The position numbers were made by a program, and so were the translations under genes. A model generated the notes under the pieces. That model was given only the letters and a program-made list of their open reading frames with translations. It was not told the origin of the DNA and searched no databases. A DNA stretch of 64,000 bases, taken from contig NC_134468.1 of the NCBI RefSeq assembly GCF_964194025.1, positions 65,410,001 through 65,474,000 of the forward strand, written 5' to 3'. This document shows, in pieces, positions 61,301-64,000 of the stretch. The number at the start of each line of letters is the position of its first letter. Position 1 is the first letter of the stretch. The stretch comes from Convolutriloba macropyga. Lineage: Eukaryota.

Positions 61301-63690
61301 TGACTGTCATAGTTTGATATTGCAGGAAAAATTTTTGATTTTCAGGTAATTAATTTATTCTATTCTTTGGTTTTTGTTTCAGGACTTGTCCTGCTGTTTT
61401 TTATTGTTGTAAGATTGTTGTAAGACGTTTGCAAGACACTAAGACACCAGGATCACTCTTAATCTGCTTTTTTTTCATTCATTTTGTTAAATTCAGACTG
61501 AATTGCGTGCCTGTCGTCTTTTTCCACTCTTTTTGTAACTAGTTTTTCATTATCGTGATTATCACAGGGACTTGCTCATTCTCGAAAAGGTTTTCCTTGC
61601 TTTCAATTTAACAAGATATGCAGGTTCTTGATCAAAATATAACATCTCAGCAATTAACAGATGAGAATTTTTTTGTCTGGTTTTTTATTTTTATTAGCCA
61701 TCCTTATCATCCAAGCCGGCTATTTTAGCGCTTCGTTTTTTTTTTATTTCGTCGAATATTTTTTATTGCGTCCAACAAATCTTTGTTTTGCTATACCTCA
61801 TTTTGCCGCTTTTTCGATATTTCGACTTCTGTTGGCTAGTTTCTATCTTCACTCATTCTGATCAAAGTGCTTCTAAACCGCAGTTGCTCAGCAAGGTAAT
61901 CTGTAATGAACAGAATCAGCATCAAGGAGCGAAATCAGAAATGGAAACGGGATCAATCACTAAACGCCCGAAGTTTGAAGCAATTATTACAAGCGTCTTT
62001 TTAATAAAAATTTTTCGGTTTGACCGTTTTCTTCTCATTCTTTCGATTTCACTTCTTGAGTGACTTTTTCACGCTTGACTTCTTAGGTGCAGAGTTTGCA
62101 AAAATTGTTATTTTCCCTCTTTTTTCTCGATTTATTGCTTGACCTAATTTGCTCTTATTGGAGAACTAAGTCGGACATAAACTAACATAAAAGGGGTTGT
62201 AGACTAGAATACAAGGGCCTGAGTGGCGGAAGTTTCCAGTCTAGGAAGCAGGAGGTAGCGTGTTTTAATCCCTCACTGGTCGGATTTTTTGCACCAATGA
62301 ATTATTTGAACCAATATCTTCGCTACAGCCACCTCTTGAATTGCGCCGCCTGTTGTTTGAGGGCAATTTAACCGATGATAGTAGTTTTTTTGTTTGGTAT
62401 TGAATCCCAGCCCTGTAGCTTCTCATTAAGAAACAGTAGTTTATCTAACTACAAAATCTAATCAAAATAGCGTGCACTTTAATTTAATTTTCTTTTCTTT
62501 CAATCCCAACCTGGGTTATGAAATCAGTGGGGGCAATTTTCCTGCAATTCTTAAAAATATTTTTGAAACTGCGGATCTACAAAGCTATCGCGGTTCTTTT
62601 GTGACAATTTGTCATCTGTGTTGTTTTTGATTCTAGGAGAGGTTTTTAATCTGATAAAATTTAAACTAAACCTAAGGAGATAAATAGTTCTTTTTGGCCA
62701 CAGATTGTCCAAGTCAAGTTGCGTTTACGCTTTATTTGATGCGTACGAAGAGAAGTACGTGGTAGTTTGCATGTGGTCGAGCTTGAATAATGTTAAGCGG
62801 GTTTTTTTTAGTTTCAATTTGTGACCATATAGCTATAAAAATTCTGTTCAGAGTTTATCTATTTGGGGTGGAATTAGTCGATCGATGGTCATCAGTTTAA
62901 TCAACTAGGTTTAAGAGAAATCATGAGAAACTATGAATTTGATATAAGCGAACTTATGTTAAAAACCAAATGTGTATTTGCCGTAAAAATTGTATTGATG
63001 ACAGTTTTTTTAAGCGGATCGCAAAGTTTTCTTCGATATTCATTGATATCTCTTATTGACAATTGCTCTCAAACAAAGTTTGTAGCAATTATATTAGTCC
63101 TGCGATCTTTCACACTACCAGTCCGTCTGATCGTTTTTTTTTCATCTGACCATTTGACTTTCAGTCCTCAAAAATAAGTAAACAGGTCAAAAACGGAGGG
63201 TATCAGGGTTCCTGGGCAGTTCTCTTAGAGACTTACGACTAACTAGTCTTTAAATATGCACTTCACCAAAAATGTTGAGGAAAAATAAATTCATGTTGTG
63301 ATGGGCGGTTCTTAGAGTTTGACAGCTGACCAACCCCGCTCCACCTCATCCGCTCAATTAACCTTGAGTTAGCGTCACTAAGCCGCAACGGCTCGCCAGT
63401 CGTTTGAGAGCAGTTCGCCCGACGCTAGTGCGCTATATTCAACGATTTTTTGAATTGTAATTCTGGACAAAGACTTGTAATTGTAGGCAACGATTTTCTG
63501 TGTAATTGCAGACAAAGACAATAAGGAGATCTACTACATTGGGTTGATTGACTGTCTCACACATTGGGGTACTAGGCGCAAAATGGCCTCCACGGCCAAG
63601 ACAGTCGCCAAGCCCACCCGACAGACCACCGCCAACCCGGATGATTACGGCGAGCGCCTCGCCAACTTCATGGACTCTCTCATTCAGTAG
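40367..63690 (+). CDS. PIP4K2: Phosphatidylinositol 5-phosphate 4-kinase type II, last four exons (5'-partial, 207 aa)
   Basis: Exons 40367-40474 (FLKECNLMDYSLLLGIHN...), 48356-48467, 58033-58257 (...ELDLREDVYAILSDA) and 63512-63690 (KEIYYIGLIDCLTHWGTRRKMASTAKTV...TANPDDYGERLANFMDSLIQ*). GT-AG introns with matching phases 0, 1, 1. MDYSLL, the DVYAI/EIYY.G.ID motifs and an Ala-type activation loop match PIP4K2. Confidence 0.9.
41050..42880 (-). repeat. About four diverged head-to-tail copies of a repeat with tRNA-like (A/B-box) segments
   Basis: Recurrent GAGTGGATGAAAAA (about 41210, 42340, 42860), TTGGCTCG (41391, 41822, 42107, 42608) and TTAGGA.CTTAAA. Minus-strand CGCAGCGGTAGCGCA and GTTCGAGTC boxes in some copies. 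Confidence 0.5.
44654..44960 (+). mobile_element. HINE-A copy (3'-truncated)
   Basis: TAATTGCTCTCAAACGAAGTTTGTAGCAATTA left end and TGGTGTGAAGGGCGGTTCTTAGAG core. Confidence 0.7.
44960..46500 (+). repeat. Diverged tandem repeat of about 165 bp, with a recent 333-bp tandem duplication (45614-45946, 45947-46280)
   Basis: Recurrent ATAATAAG.TACTG and TTTAA..TCAC motifs; TTGTCATTTCTTAGGTTTGTCTAGCCTCAAGAGCCACGG occurs at 45614 and 45947. Confidence 0.75.
46820..47310 (+). mobile_element. Two adjacent HINE-A copies
   Basis: Left ends at about 46820 and 47107; right end TCGTTTGAGAGCAATTCGCCCAATGTTAG at about 47272-47300. Confidence 0.7.
48752..48939 (-). repeat. 3' LTR of BEL-2
   Basis: Direct repeat of 57166-57364, lacking an 11-bp ATTTTACATTC segment. 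Joined directly to a truncated integrase tail with no PPT. Confidence 0.88.
48950..52300 (-). pseudogene. pol: BEL-2 pol remnants (protease, RT, RNase H, integrase)
   Basis: AILDKGS (protease), KPGKLRRVANA, HRVLGVMW, LFDPLGIIAP, LHCFCDASQLAYGAVIY, IPKLELQAA, FIANRV, FLSDNGSNFLG, APHFGGVWE, LTPNHFLLG, TPRGIWPLGRV. Confidence 0.9.
52300..54413 (-). pseudogene. gag: BEL-2 gag remnants
   Basis: Coiled-coil N-terminus (ORF 54162-54413), KLSDIRIQRFD.DPLKWNEWSSMFSST core, WTNAGLVELSDWMD, and Cys/His remnants. Confidence 0.75.
54455..54980. repeat. Minisatellite array 1 (about 43-bp unit GAGGTCAAGTGGGGTGACCTTTTGACCTTTTAGAGGTCACTTA) in the BEL-2 leader
   Basis: About 12 degenerate tandem units. Confidence 0.9.
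54980..56003. repeat. Minisatellite array 2 (about 43-bp unit CCCTGGAGGACAGTGGGTGACTTTCTTAGGTCACTTGGGGGGT) with higher-order structure
   Basis: More than 20 units; four unit variants recur in a fixed order. Confidence 0.9.
56003..56535. repeat. Minisatellite array 3 (about 113-114-bp unit, 4-5 copies)
   Basis: CTGCAAGCT-type anchors at about 56011, 56123, 56235, 56336 and 56448; each unit has a CAGGTTGGCCTGAGT-type core. Confidence 0.9.
57166..57364 (-). repeat. 5' LTR of BEL-2
   Basis: TGA...TCA direct repeat of the left LTR, adjacent to the PBS. Outer boundary uncertain; no clear TSD. Confidence 0.85.
57443..57830 (+). mobile_element. HINE-A subfamily copy containing a tRNA-like segment (about 57658-57725)
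   Basis: Left AATTGCTCTTGAACGCAGTTCATAGCAATT; right TCGTTCAAGAGCAATT plus hairpin CCGACATTTGTCGG; internal A-box-like AGCGCAGTGG and B-box GGTTCGAATCC. Confidence 0.65.
58385..58880 (+). mobile_element. HINE-A, well-preserved composite copy
   Basis: AATTGCTCTCAAACGAAGTTTGTAGCAATT ... poly-C tract ... TCGTTTGAGAGCACTTCGCCCAATGTTAGTCGGTTATG. Confidence 0.75.
58713..59510 (+). repeat. About 800-bp duplicate of 47145-47950 (HINE-A 3' part plus flank)
   Basis: Near-identical from CCTGTCGGTCGTTTT through TATAGATTCCATTT. Confidence 0.9.
63061..63440 (+). mobile_element. HINE-A copy just upstream of the last PIP4K exon
   Basis: AATTGCTCTCAAACAAAGTTTGTAGCAATT ... CGTTTGAGAGCAGTTCGCCCGACGCTAG. Other degenerate copies at about 61000-61270 and 61965-62385. 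Confidence 0.7.
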
Positions 63691-64000
63691 TCAACCTCAC
63701 TCAACTACCATTCGATGCCAGCCATACAACCCACTTCGTTCAACTTGCTCCCATTTACTCTCTACATTAAAATCACGCGGCCATATTATGAAGAAAGCCA
63801 ACAAATTCACATCTACCTTGCTCTGTGATATCATGAAAACTTGAACATTATTAATATAAAAGAACAAATTAATATTGAAGCGTTGTGAAGTTTTCAAAAT
63901 TGGCGGTTTTGTATGACTTCTAGCGGAGCACGTCAATCATCTTAGAAGATAATATGCATGATGTGTTAAAAAACAGAACAGTCGCTGTTATTATATTATA

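Noticed and set aside
63548-63844. 98-aa Pro-rich ORF
   Set aside because: Alternative frame over the PIP4K last exon.

Overview
AT-rich animal (probably invertebrate) genomic DNA with GT-AG introns, three assembly gaps and a very high transposon load. Two host genes, both largely missed by the ORF track, can be rebuilt by hand on the + strand. The first is a complete 14-exon TRAM-family gene (translocating chain-associated membrane protein, 1819-9761, about 417 aa) with a candidate 24-nt microexon. The second is the last four exons of a type II phosphatidylinositol-5-phosphate 4-kinase (PIP4K2-like, 40367-63690). The rest is mobile DNA: a Penelope-like RT relic; two decayed BEL/Pao LTR retrotransposons on the - strand (16628-23770, nested in a Gypsy relic; 48752-57364, in a PIP4K intron); two Gypsy relics, one with an env-like glycoprotein relic; many non-autonomous Helentron-type (HINE/DINE-like) elements; a TIR element; a foldback palindrome; and local duplications. 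The most unusual items are three stacked hairpin-rich minisatellite arrays in the BEL-2 leader (one with four perfect AGGTCA-n5-AGGTCA DR5 motifs), an in-frame GKVEV pentapeptide-repeat insertion in BEL-1 Pol, the env-like relic, and an apparent HINE plus flank co-duplication between two introns. All family assignments come from motif recognition by eye; no searches were run.
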